A DNA stretch of 64,000 bases from Botryllus schlosseri (Eukaryota), in contig CM119384.1 in assembly GCA_051294905.1 (NCBI GenBank), positions 5,270,001-5,334,000 on the forward strand, written 5' to 3'. The position numbers and the translations under genes are program-made. The notes beneath the pieces were generated by a model. The model saw nothing but the letters and a program-made list of their open reading frames with translations. It ran no database searches and had not been told where the DNA came from. Positions 14,301 through 28,681 of the stretch are shown piece by piece; position 1 is the stretch's first letter; every line of letters begins with the position of its first letter.

Positions 14301-17300
14301 GTATACCTTCGGATGCGCGATACACCCGCTTGATAAGCACTGGTCTAGTCTACTCTACAGACAATCTCCATCTCCTACTTTTAGTACGAGATACTTGTCA
14401 ATCGAACCAGTGCTATGGCGTAACAATAGACTAATACGACGTAGGCTACTTATATCGTAGCAATGCCGCATTCTTTCCAAGCAGCGCTGCGCTGCAGATC
14501 GGAGCTCATTGCGAAACGGCGGGCCGTATTCTTGTGGTAACTGATTATTTTGTCGCGGGCCGGACGATTTCGCTTGGCGGGCCGGATCCGGCCCGCGGGC
14601 CGTAGGTTGCCGACCCTTGTAGTAGAAGATTACTCTAAATAGCAATGTGTCTCTGTTTCTTAGACGGATCAATGCTTACGTTGCGCAATGCTCACCTTTA
14701 CCAACCTTTATGTATGATTTGATTCAAACAAATATAGTTTGGGCGTTTATTTACTCACGGATGTATAGATGTTGATTATGTCCTATATTTTGGCTGATAA
14801 TAACTGACTGTAGCATGTGACTGTCCAGTTACTCACGTATTTTATTAACAGTTCTACGTGTGCATGAGTGATACAACGTCTTTTCGCAGGTATATTTAAC
14901 TAGATATTCGTTATTTGATTCAAGATAAATGATCAGCATTGATCAATTAATCTGTCTTTCACACAGCTAGCAAAGTGTAATGACTTTGAATCATCACTCA
15001 TACATCGAAAATTCAATTTGACTTGACTCGTGAGTCGTGACTTGACTTGACTTGACTCGACTTGACTCGAGTCACCTCCAAAAAACGAGTGACTTGACTT
15101 GACTCGAGTCACCTTTGAAGATCGATTGACTTGACTTGACTCGAGTCAAAATCTGCAATGACTCGAGATGACTCGTGACTCGAAGGTAGTGACTTGATCC
15201 CAACACTGATTTCTTGTGCGCCACTTAGATTTTCTGTGCGCGGAGACCGTGTCAGCACTGCGCACGTGCGCAGCTTTGAGGGAACTTTGGTTACGATACG
15301 TCCTCTGTTAAGAGGATTTGTCCCTTTTTTGACTTTTTTGAAAGTGACCTCGGAGGACGCCCGAATGTCCTCTATTTTAAGATTTTGGTTAAATAAAGGG
15401 CAAAATTTGACTAAGATACAGTAAATCAGCACTGAAGTAACGCTCCAGTGGCTATATTGGGAGATGAGCTGAGAAAGTTGATTTTTTTTTAATAGTCAAC
15501 CAACTGATAATGTGAAAGGAAAACTGTATTTTGGGGGCTGAGCGAGAAAGTTGACTTTATTTAAATAGTCAACCGACCACGAAGTGCAAAAATTGACTAT
15601 TTTTCAGGATTTTTCTCCGGTATTGCGAGTCTGAAAATTTGGAAAAAGTGTCCTCTTTTCAGATATCCAAAATATGGTAACCCTAATGCAGTCATCGCCG
15701 ATCTGTAACAGGGAACTGACCACTGACCATCGTGAGGAGCGACACGATATGAATGGTTGAGCAGCCAAAGCTAATATATGAGCGGTCCCAATACAAATAA
15801 AATATAACACATATGGCGCTCGGACAATCCTAGTACAAATTCATCGATTCCTCATACCATATTAACAACTGGGATTTCAATACTTTTTGTCCGAATACAC
15901 GACACTATTGTCATGGGTGTATTGTATAGTCCGTAGTGTAGTATACCTGTAGGTTACTTGTATAGCGCCATAAACATATTGCATACCCGTGACAACGAAG
16001 GTTTGAATTCGGTGGTCAACTATAATTGTTACGCGGACTGGCGTTGGCTATATATTCGCAGAACAACAGAGAAGACGAGGACGCGGATGTATCTCAAATC
16101 GAACGAGATCCGAAGAACGGACGCGGTAGTCTGTTTCCCGGACAACGTCCCGTATCGCTGCAAATGCGTTATGCGGGTGTTGTGAAACAAGGCAATATAT
16201 CCCAACAAATCCAGGAAGAAGAATGGAAGGGTTTTGTCAAAAGTGGCATCTTAAATGAAGAGGAAACTATACGGTTCAATGGAAAAAAGTCGGAAACGGC
16301 CCACACCATTAAAATTACGCCGCGACCTAATCAGCATCGTGTTTCTATTCATCGCGAAGGAAGCTCCCGAATTCCGTTTCACGATGGTACCTCGAGTGGC
16401 TCTGGGCAAAGTGAATATACCAGGTTGACATGCAACGACAACGCAGTATTTCGAAACGAGTCATCAGTTCAAGCCCGTCGTACAGCTCACACCATGTGCT
16501 ATTTCAATGTCGGCCATGAGGTCTCTGATCCGGCACTCGATCCATCCGTTAACTCGGCGTATCTTGTTAGTGTAGGTGCGGGCACAAATCTCAATACCGC
16601 GAAATCTGCAGATGAACGCAACGGTGCAGACACGGTCGGATTGGCGAACTTCCACCCTTCCATTGGAGATTCCGTCATCTCATCACTCGGGTAATTTTTT
16701 TTTCATGCTATTATGGCATCAAGTAGAACTTATAATGGGTAGTGAAGTGCATAAGACGTAGTTCGCGTCTAAATAAATGAGAAATTAATCTTTTGGAATT
16801 GGAAGGTGTGTGAAGCAGCACTATAGGACGTGACATAACTGTGATTGACATGATTCATTTGTTATGTATGAGCAGTGCGCACTTGTCTCAGTTGTCTGTA
16901 TATTAGAAGCAAATCAATCGCGTTCTGTTGTGAATCAGAAGCCAATAAATATTAGCCGCAAGATGGTGTCAGGTAGCAGGCGATCGAATGAACAGAATAC
17001 CCCAGAAACAGCTATAGCCAATCGTTATTACCTATTCAATTCAATTCAATTTATTGCTACAATCATCATTTCAAATTCAATACACCAGAAGACTGCGATA
17101 CAATGAAAGATAGGAAGGTGTCGAAACGACTTGGAGCAGTCTTTGAAATCAGACACCCAGCACCCGGCCTAGACGATGTAAAGAAGGAGATGCACATTGC
17201 ACACTGAATAAAAAGTAAAAGAGGGTAATATAAAAGGACAGGTGACAAAAAAAGATGGCATGAGTCGGATGGGGAAATCGATATGTCCGGTCATGGTCCG

Positions 17301-19232
17301 GTAAACTAGAGGATTAAGTAGATATTGTTTGCATTTCGACTTGAATGTGGACACTGAACAGTGTAAATGCTCGTCGACTGTCGTCTGTCGGATAGCCGGC
17401 GAGATTCTGTCAAATACATAATATCGACACTACTGCAAGCACAAGCAAGTTGTACAGGACACATCTATTTTATAGATATATAGCTTTTGTGGAAACTCAT
17501 CTTAGAGTTAATTTTCGTGCGCCGGATAAAACGGAGACAGCAACAGCATTCAACCTCGATGCTGGAGCCGGAATTCCGTCCTTGTTACCGAAGAATGGAA
17601 ATCACAAAATTAATATAAACTATAGTACTATATACAATAGAAGCATTTCGCTACGCTAAATGAATGCACTGTTTATTTCTTCCACATTGCGACATGTAAA
17701 ATTTCATTTGCACATTAACTATTTTAACTACCTCCTGGCTCATACGAGCTGTTCGTCAACTAACGTATATGTATTAGCCTTCTTACATACGCCGCGGAAC
17801 CAACTATGCTTGCTTCCAGGGTTAAATCATCAACCGAGGAAGCCGACGTTGCGCCATCTTCAAACCTTTGTGGTTCACTAGACTGGGACCAGTGTTTCAC
17901 GGCTGTCAATCAGATATCGTGCCATTTCAAGTTTAAAAACGAACATGATGGGGTTCGCATCAAGTTAAGTTTTTTCTCTCGTCGTGCTAGTCATTGTGAA
18001 ATAATCCGAAGTTAACGAATGGGTGAGATTATTGTGAATTGTCTCTTCATTTTTTTCTTTGGGGTCCTCATTTCGGGCTGCAGAATCAATAATCGGGGTA
18101 AACGTTTTTTCAAGTAAGCCTTGTATGACGGAACCTTGCAGATTGACATTCCGCACACATCGTTAAAATGTGATTTACTATCGTAGCAATTCATTTATAG
18201 CACGAAAAAATCACCTTTTTAAATATTTGAATAAAATTGTTGTTTGACCTGGTAGAGAGTACGTATAATATGTAAAAATTTTGAGATATAGACACCATGC
18301 GACAGGGTTGTTGCATCATGTTATCATAAAAGCTGTCTCGTTATAAATTGCAGCTAATGAGGACATTTGACTAGCCAAACGTATAGGTATAATATCTTAA
18401 AAGCGTACCACCACGCTACTCAACCTTCAATTGGGGATAATAAAATGGATAGAGAGTCCCAATAGCACCTAAGATGTAACTAACTACACATCAATGGGGC
18501 AACATAATGCCAATTTTTACCATAACGTCTTGCTTGAAGAGCGAAAAACGCCACGCTAACCCTTTTGATATATTACTGTTTCCCATAACAGCACGTGAAA
18601 ATTTTGTTGCGTCCTTGGTTGTAACGAAGTATAAGGGCGTTTCGAGTAACAAGTCCTTCCCTGATTTTGACGTTTCGCCCGAGTCAACTCGAGTCATTTT
18701 CATTTTATCACCGAGTCAGTCCGAGTAATTTCATGAAAGAACACGTCCACGTCCAAGACACAATTTTCAGTTGGCTCGGGAATCGTGTACCGGTCATTGT
18801 TTTACTATGATGAATAAGCGAAGTGACGCGTTAGCAGATCTTCCACCACATGACAGCGTTTGAAAGTGATTGTGATAGTTACGTTTGATGGGTATATTTT
18901 CAGGTTTTTGGGGAAATTTTAGAGTGGATCCAAAATCCAAAATTTCGACTCGGGCAGCGTGTTTGAGACCCCTGTTCTGTACAATATATACAACAGTTTA
19001 AAAACTGTCTCAAACAATTCGAAAATCATCATTTTCAACATGATCCATGTGCAATGTGCATTGTGCACTTACTCATCTGCTGGTTATAACATTGCTCATT
19101 TCTCGTCGTCGAATTCAGAAAGCAATGGAGTGGCGAACGGCTGCAGCAGTCCTCGATTGCTTGATGTCTAGGACATTTGTACTTCTCAACGTTATTGCAA
19201 CACTTTATTTCGGCATTGAGGTTAGAATATAG
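5333..19232 (+). CDS. Nicotinic acetylcholine receptor non-alpha subunit, muscle beta/gamma/delta/epsilon (BGDE)-like, 667 aa, 11 exons
   Basis: join(5333..5393,6628..6754,6823..6981,10559..10708,10778..10869,11144..11365,11750..11870,12248..12443,16062..16690,17820..17952,19119..19232) = 2004 nt, all GT-AG, phases consistent. Features: signal peptide [21 protein letters not shown]; WKPDVALNN; Cys-loop [21 protein letters not shown]; GEWEIIHCP; RRKPLFY before M1; M2 [29 protein letters not shown]; MA helix [13 protein letters not shown]; M4 [10 protein letters not shown]. There is no vicinal CC in loop C, so it is non-alpha. FDWQNCSL and RRKPLFY are muscle non-alpha hallmarks. Exons 1 and 10 are the least certain. 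Confidence 0.9.
5470..5804. mobile_element. MITE with TAGGGTTACC...GGTAACCCTA termini (nAChR intron 1); related copy at ~15289-15685
   Basis: 10-bp terminal inverted repeats. The body (gtcctc..., ggttaaatatagggcaaaatt, gaccacgaa, aaaagtgtcctc) aligns by eye with 15289-15685. Confidence 0.7.
8042..8505. mobile_element. Charlie/MER-like hAT derivative (left end CAGGGGTCGGCAAAC), right end eroded
   Basis: Same terminal motif as the element at 13030-14619. The right boundary is approximate. Confidence 0.5.
8633..9876. mobile_element. Non-autonomous hAT element with nested inserts (nAChR intron 3)
   Basis: TIR CAGTGTTGCC...GGCAACACTG; perfect 8-bp TSD GCATAAAT (8625-8632 and 9877-9884); subterminal (a)tcgcta(g/a) repeats at both ends. 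Confidence 0.9.
9211..9500. mobile_element. Palindromic MITE nested in the 8633-9876 element; partial copy at ~42420-42540
   Basis: gaaagctagtgtc...gacactagctttc with inner arms caatggaac/gttccattg, aaacagcccccaaag/ctttgagggctgttt and aaaatcg/cgatttt. Confidence 0.75.
13004..13027. repeat. (AGT)n microsatellite at the insertion site of the Charlie-like element
   Basis: agtagtagtagtagtagtagtag; the TSD TAGTAGAA derives from it. Confidence 0.7.
13030..14619 (-). mobile_element. Internally deleted Charlie/Buster/SPIN-group hAT transposon
   Basis: TIR CCGGGGTCGGCAACC...GGTTGCCGACCCTTG; perfect 8-bp TSD TAGTAGAA (13022-13029 and 14620-14627); transposase remnants on the minus strand. Confidence 0.92.
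13200..14200 (-). pseudogene. Degraded hAT (Buster/SPIN/GTF2IRD2-like) transposase fragments
   Basis: The minus-strand segment KLNHRQF...[34 protein letters not shown] corresponds to the family motif GLNHRQF...DVLYxxxVRWLSRG.ML.RxYEL..EI..FL. The C-terminal [14 protein letters not shown] + (frameshift) SNAHLEY..ILASSD...QVSH matches the hAT dimerisation region. Stops and frameshifts are present. Confidence 0.85.
15289..15685. mobile_element. Second copy of the TAGGGTTACC MITE family
   Basis: Aligns by eye with 5470-5804 and ends atggtaacccta. Confidence 0.65.
17085..17400 (-). repeat. Interspersed SINE-like / non-LTR 3'-end repeat family; other copies at ~7080-7150(+), ~20940-21080(+), ~27595-27670(-), ~27796-28030(-), ~28055-28200(+), ~59270-59410(-), ~61255-61480(-)
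   Basis: Shared blocks ccaagtcgtttcgacaccttcc...ttttcattgtatcgcagt, gtccacattcaagtcga and ggctatccgac. Plus-orientation copies end in ...gatgatgaaa..ttaa(a)ctga, resembling CR1/L2-type tails. Confidence 0.7.
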
Positions 19233-22200
19233 TGAATGTCGACCACAATCTCTGTAGTTGGAACATTCAAGAAAATTAGCGACGCGCAAAATTCGATAGC
19301 CGGGGTATAAATTCATGTTAGCGATGTCTCTTTGTACGATATGCACCGTGAAAATAAGAGCCATTATATAGGTTTTGACAAGTGTCGCTAATGTATGTCC
19401 AAACATACAGCACGATTTTTCTGTCTTTCACATTGTAAGAATCACTCGCCAGATAAGGCCCCAACACCAATTATATCTGTAATAAAACGGTGTAGAGTTG
19501 ACTCTTTCTCCACAGCACTATCCCATACGTTACCGCGACAGTGAAGTAGTGAAGTATCTAGACTCTAGAGGCCTGTTTATTGGACTCACCACTTCGTAAT
19601 AGAGCGAGCCCATAGAGTAAAACTAGATCCACTTGAGCGAATATTTTAGCAATCGGCATAGTTGAAATGATTTGGAGTTTCATTGTGTATTGACATCTAA
19701 ATGTTATATGCATTCATTCCGTACCTCGTGCTCACGTAGGCTATTATAGTATACTAAGCGCAGTGATTTGTGAATAATTGAATATTATTGAGTATTACGC
19801 ATATATACTATAGGCCCTACTGGTTTTACTGCAGAGATTGGACTGCACTCTCATTTTCTTCTTTAAGATTGCGCATATAATATATATTATATAACATACT
19901 CTGGACTTCTTTCCGTTTGCGTACTATCACTTATCCGTCAAGTTTGTCAGATGTCACCAGCGTGTCACGCGGCATATTTCCAACCTTTTCACGGTTCATC
20001 GACTTTTTAGGCGTTCACGAACTTCCCGCCAGATCATCCGTTCGTCGCAGGCGACCCGAAGTATGCGAGCTGTTGGGAAGATCACTCGCACTGAAAGCAA
20101 CTCTTATAATACTGCGATTAATATACTATACAATAATCGCAAAGGACGTTATACGAGAAGTTGCATTCAACTTTTTTCTTGTAAAATCACCACCGAAACA
20201 GGACTGTAGTGAATGTATATCCCTTGATTCTCTGCGAATATTTGACTTATTGGTACGTTGTTCTATAATAATAATGTATTATATAATCGTCTGGCAATTC
20301 AGCTGAAGCTGTAATAGTAACCGAAATCGGGGTAGTATATATGTAGGTTGTCATGTATGCCCTGCCTAAGTCCAATGCTCAAGCAAATATAGACTGTATG
20401 GAATTCACAATTTGCAATAGTATATTGTGATGTAAAATCGTTAACATTTACATATTTCCGATGATATAAATTCGTTAGTGACGCGGCGGACAGCGAAACG
20501 TGGTTTTTGATCTATCCTTATACTCTTCTTTCATCTCCCGTAATATGCTTGTACAATATACAACATATTAATATGCTCCCAAGAACCCGTGATACGCGTC
20601 CTCAACGTTGGCAAGCATTGAACTACGAGGGATTTATTTAATCGATTTACCATGACCAGTTATGGATTCTTATTATTATCGTGGCATTAATTTAAATATT
20701 CGATTGAGTCTTATTATTTCAATATGGATTTCCTGTGTGTCGTAACCTTGGCATTATATTATTTCGTATGGTGACGTTGCTTTATCATCGTGCCATAATA
20801 GCCGGGTGGTATGTTACAGTACCAGTCGATAAAGCACCGATACCTACAATTTTACTATTGACGGGTTACTTGGAGCAAACAAACTGTAATTTACAAGCCC
20901 TAAAATCCCGAATTTATGGGGCTTATCATGGCAACGGCCAATCCGACAGTCGTCGGGCATATCGAAGTCCATTGTCCACATTCAAGGCAAGGCAAGGCAA
21001 GGCAAGTGTTTCGACTCCCTTTCATTGCATTGCTATCATGCGGTGTTTTGAGATGATGAAATTATTAAAGTGAACTAAACTGAGCTAAAGTACTGTGAGA
21101 TTTCTTTTGTGTTCTGGTAGATATATTTTATTCGGGGATATAGGGTAAATGTGATATATACTTTATTCATGGTCGTGATATGGATTAGATTATTGGTACA
21201 AAGCTATCAATCGATGCATCTTATATTAGAAACTTCTTATGACTCTTCACTGAGAGCTCCTTCTGTGTTATTTGAGTTCGTTGCAATAGGAATTCCTACG
21301 ATATTGGAGTAACCTACTATATGCGCTTTCTAGCCAGATGAAGTGGGTGCTTCGATTGATAGGTAACGATTGTTGACTTTACTCGCAACCGAATGAGGGC
21401 CGTTGAGTATATTGGGCGGTATAACGATTTGCTATATATTCGCCGCGGGAGGCTAACGAAGCTAATTTTTAACATATCTGCTAATGTTAATGCTGTATTC
21501 GCGGCGATGGGTATATGAAATTAAGTTTAAATTCACAAATCCTTGAGATCCATCTTACTCAGCGCATGCATAGTATGGTACGTTGTGAAGAGGATAAAAC
21601 GAACTTCGCACGCACCGCCCTTGTCGAATCGTTTGTTTTTTGGAGTGATGAGTTGGGATGACGCCGCAATACAAGAGGGTAGTGAATAGAAAAGTGGGCC
21701 TACTTTACTTGCGCCATTGATAGATATTGAATAAGCTGTGGAGTGTGGAGCGTGCCGTTGGAGATATTCGACTAATATAACATGAGGGGCGAATCCACAG
21801 CACGTGAAATTTAAAATTTAGAAAATAAGCACCCGTAATGGTTAGGCTAGTATATGCTCCGTTCTTCCTTATTGGACAGTGGTTCACAAAGGTCACTAAG
21901 GGCGTATATTGTGAATTATTTCTCAGCTACAATCGCGACGATAAGTCAAACTATTATCTAGCCGTTGCTACATTGTGTAGAATACTGTACCGTAAATACT
22001 GTAAAGGCTAGGACGAGTCATTTTGACCCTTGATTACTTTAATTAAGACCTGTGTCACCTCTCGTAAGAATATTCGCACTGTTCAGCAAGGGTTCCAATT
22101 CCATCGAAATCTATTTTGTGGGATGTTGCCAATACTACTCCTACTCAATTAGTAATCTTATTTTTTTCAGTTTATCCCATTGTTCAACTGATAATCCGGA

Positions 22201-23331
22201 CGTCCTACTTGTAGAGAGATTTTGATACAAAGCTTTTATATTGGATCTTGTGTTCGCTAGACAAGCTTAATTCCAAACAAATTAGTAATGTTGTCGTCAG
22301 CTATTGTATCTCACGGACAATGGCTGACTTTTTGTTACAGGACCTTAAATCAATTGTTACATACCACCCGAATTCTCTTTCCCCATCACGTGTACGAGTG
22401 AACTAAGGGGTAGTACGATTTGACATTTGACGTGACCAATGGCGAACTCAATGTTTAAGTAGCCCCCACAGGTAAATCTTTACAACCTGCATGACGGACA
22501 GTCAAAAAATAATTGACAGTGGCATATGTATGTCGCATACCAAACATTAAGCACACAATTACCCATATGACCTGTGTCAACGATACCTTACAGCCGTGAA
22601 TAGCACATGCTGTAGGTCAAAGGATTTCACGTGGTGTGGGTCTGTCGGAATACAAAGGGCCGATGAGGCTGTTTATCTAGGTGTAACTTGTGGACCGAAG
22701 TCGTCTCGCGATCGGAGATTGATCACTGTAAATGCGGTGGCTGAACATCGGTATTACATCTCGGCAAATAACTTTAGGAGTGGCGTATGTAAACAGGATG
22801 AATCGCAAACAACTTTTCAGTAAGAGCGACACGTCCGAACATGGGTCCGGCAATAAACATTACATTTAATTCGTAAATGCGGGCGGTAGACATGGTAACA
22901 CAGTGCTGATACGTAAAATTCTACATTTTGAAGGCTGGAGCGTGCGATGGCTCGTTCTGTAAACTCATAAATGGTCATTGAAAATAGACCGCTTGTGGCG
23001 TCACACGGGAGTCGCATTGTGTTGAATCCACTCAAATGGCCATAATGAGCAATTTTTTCTTGGGAACCATGGAGACCACACTTCAAAATCGTGTTGGCGA
23101 GACAAACTTTTTCGCTTCTCTCCGCCAATCGCGTTATAGCGCCCAATACAATAAACCAATGGAATACATTGAAAATGACGTCACTCCCCGAGCTGGTACA
23201 TATAGCGAAGATATTCGCGCGTTTTCCACACATCGCAGTGAACGAGGTTCGTAACGTATCTTCGGAGCTGTCGCGCTAGTAGCATCCACTGTTATTTTAC
23301 TATTTCGACGATCATCAATTAGCAATACAAA

Positions 23332-26039
<2,708 letters not shown>

Positions 26040-26069
26040 GCTGTGATTGAACAGTGTGTTACTGCTCCG

Positions 26070-26075
26070 AATAAA
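26070..26075 (+). promoter_or_regulatory. Probable polyadenylation signal of the alpha-tubulin gene
   Basis: AATAAA about 30 nt after the tubulin stop codon. Confidence 0.6.
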
Positions 26076-26403
26076 AGCCGTCGTTTACGTTTATGCTTGG
26101 TCTTGCTACTTGTTAGCGGTGCTAATTCAGATAGCATTACGTGGTAATATGCTGTTTTGTTGAGTCTCCCGGGTATAGAGTGGTCGTCCTGGTCAATAGT
26201 AATTATCACTGGTCCTCAGGTAGAAGTAACATCGAAGGTTTCTACTGAAGTAGAGAAGTACTACAAATGTGAAAATTCGGGTTAAAGGGGCACTGCACTC
26301 TAAACATGATATGGGCAAAACGAAAAAAATTTGGCCGCAGCCGTTTTCTTTAGAACGCCACCGTAATGGAGCTGCAATATAATAAGATTTCCACAAACAC
26401 GTC

Positions 26404-27035
26404 ACGCAGAGATCGAACTTTATATAGTTGTCAGCCGATGTTATGAAGGAAATATGTCGTACACAGTGGTGGCCCTATGAACGGGGGGGGCTCTAAGTAT
26501 CTAACCGTAACTTCTGGGGGGCTCCGCCCCCAGACCCCCTTTCGCATCTGTTGTAATTATCTATCTTTCACCGCGCCAAGGTTTGGCCAGATGCTGGATT
26601 CGGCCATATTTATTATTGCATGTGTGCAAGGATAGACTCCATCAAAACTAAGTAATTATCCGGGGGCAGGGACGTGATGATTATAGGGATACGGGACTTT
26701 TCTAACAAGTGCCGAGATTTGATGATGATTGACACATCTGTACGGAATCATATTCTTGCTTGGTACACAGATTTCCATGTTTATTCGCTATTATCCCTAA
26801 AAAAAGCGCATAAACCAAAGAGGGGGGCCCCGGGCGACCGCCCACCTCGCCCACCCCAAAAGCCACCACTGGTCGTACACGACAGAAATAGAATTCACTA
26901 GGCCCGATTTTGACATAAATCTCCTGACTTAACATCCTCCGTTGAACGCGGTATCTAAACCATCTTGGCGTGTAGCCTACGACATATTTCCTTCATAACA
27001 TCGGCTGACAACTATATAAAGTTCGATATCTGCGT
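26404..27035. mobile_element. MITE with ~57-bp near-perfect TIRs, interrupted by the 26464-26871 element
   Basis: acgcagagatcgaactttatatagttgtcagccgatgttatgaaggaaatatgtcgta is mirrored by tacgacatatttccttcataacatcggctgacaactatataaagttcgatatctgcgt. Confidence 0.85.
26464..26871. mobile_element. hAT-type MITE
   Basis: TIR CAGTGGTGGC...GCCACCACTG; perfect 8-bp TSD GTCGTACA (26456-26463 and 26872-26879). Confidence 0.9.
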
Positions 27036-28681
27036 ATTTTGAGATCCGAAAAAGAGGAAACTTTAAAGTTTAAAAAGATATAGCGGTCGAGGAAACGGGT
27101 GATTTTAAAAGTTTTACTGGTAATATTGGATTTGACTAGAAAAAAGTGGTAATTTTTTCATCAATCAATGGACAGATTATATTTTCACCTGCCCAAATCG
27201 CATACAATTTATAATGCGATGTAATAATGAACAGATAGGGGGATGCCGAATGACCAACCAGTTGAGGTCTCTTAAACTGGCACCCACCTCGACCTAGTGC
27301 CCGATGATGTCACAGCATTCTTCGATGTTATTCTTTCTTCGTCATTTATGACATTTGCAATGTACAATCGTCTGGCTCTCAAATTTATAAAGGAGGACGA
27401 ATTACCAAAAAGGACGAAATTTTCGATTTCGGAGCAGCAGTACGCTAACTTTGGAAAAAGTTAAATTTTAGAAAGGTGTCGGCTCTTCTGACCTCCAATT
27501 TCGTGGCGGCGGAGGCTAGAAGAGAAGCACTAGAATCGTCGTTACGAAACAAGAAAATGTCATCATAAGTTTTATCCTTTCATAAACACAACGATATTCC
27601 GATACAACGAAAAGATTGGTGTCGACACGACTTGGAGTAGTCTTGGAATCAGACACCCACTCGGGCCTAGACCAGGGTTCTTAACCTGTGGTTCAGGAAA
27701 TCGATCCTTACGGGCATGTAGACTAGTTTCAAGGGGCCCATGAAACGCCAATGTTGAAAATACAACTATAAAACTACATTTTACAACACCGCAATACTGC
27801 GATACAGTGAAAATATAGGAATAAGGCGTCGAAATGACTTGGACTTGTAGTAGTCTTTGAAATTAGATATCCATACGTGCCCAGGCGATCTAAAGACTGG
27901 GCATGCGCACTGGATGAAAAGTAATAGAAGGTAACATAAAAGAACAAGCGACAAAATGAGGTGGCGTGTGAAGGAAGGCGAGACGATAGAGGATAGAATT
28001 GCCTATGTCATATGGTGGCCCGGTAATCTTGAGTCAGGGCCTTATATTCTCTGCTTCACTTTTCATTCAGTGTACAACTGTGCAGTGTGCATGCCTCTTC
28101 TCGACTACTCCAAGTCGTTTCGACACCTTCCTAGCTTTTCATTGTATCGCAGTTTTGTGTTGTTTCGAAATGATGAAAAGATTAACAAACTGATACTGAT
28201 AATAATATACCTGTCTTTATGTTTGACTTACAGCCATATTCTGTCTTATTCTCAGTGTAATGTTTTGAACAGGAATTATTTTGGATTCGAAAAATCAGGA
28301 ATAGACAAATATTTTGTTAGTTAGCATAAAATACCCGAGTTTAGTTGTATTCTGTTGGCGATGAAGCTATTACGACACCTCGCGGCTAAAGACTCATTCA
28401 GTCACCGGAAGTTTTCAGGGTGTATGGCTCCAGTGAGACGCATCGTATATATTTTATGTTATCCTAATAGCAAGCTTGTCGCAGCTTGTTTATATTGCTT
28501 GACGTAGTGGAGTAGTCCGCTATTTCCCGGTTGGTCTTTCGTCACCTTCCCAAGAAGTAGGGTAACCCCACGCCTTTTATTCGGTCGAGCGTTTATTTAA
28601 TGCTAGTGTAGTTGTGCTAACTTGTGCGCCGTACGACATTGCAGTTTATTCTCGGAAAAGAACAGGTAGTGATGTTACATT

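Larger units (their letters stand above)
12649..15208. mobile_element. hAT element with GACTTGACTCGAGTC subterminal repeat arrays (nAChR intron 8)
   Basis: TIR CAGTGTTGGGAT...ATCCCAACACTG; perfect 8-bp TSD ATTTCTTG (12641-12648 and 15209-15216); dense gacttga/ctcgag repeats at ~12657-12810 and ~15015-15195. Confidence 0.92.
12536..15288. mobile_element. Outer MITE (TGTTCCCTCT...GAGGGAAC type) split by insertion of the 12649-15208 element
   Basis: The left end atgttccctctaatttt...ctgcgcac and right end gtgcgcagctttgagggaac are inverted. The two halves rejoin across the ATTTCTTG duplication. Confidence 0.7.

Noticed and set aside
23052-23070. RFX X-box upstream of alpha-tubulin (ggaaccatggagac)
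   Set aside because: The left half-site lacks the required GT; too weak to call.
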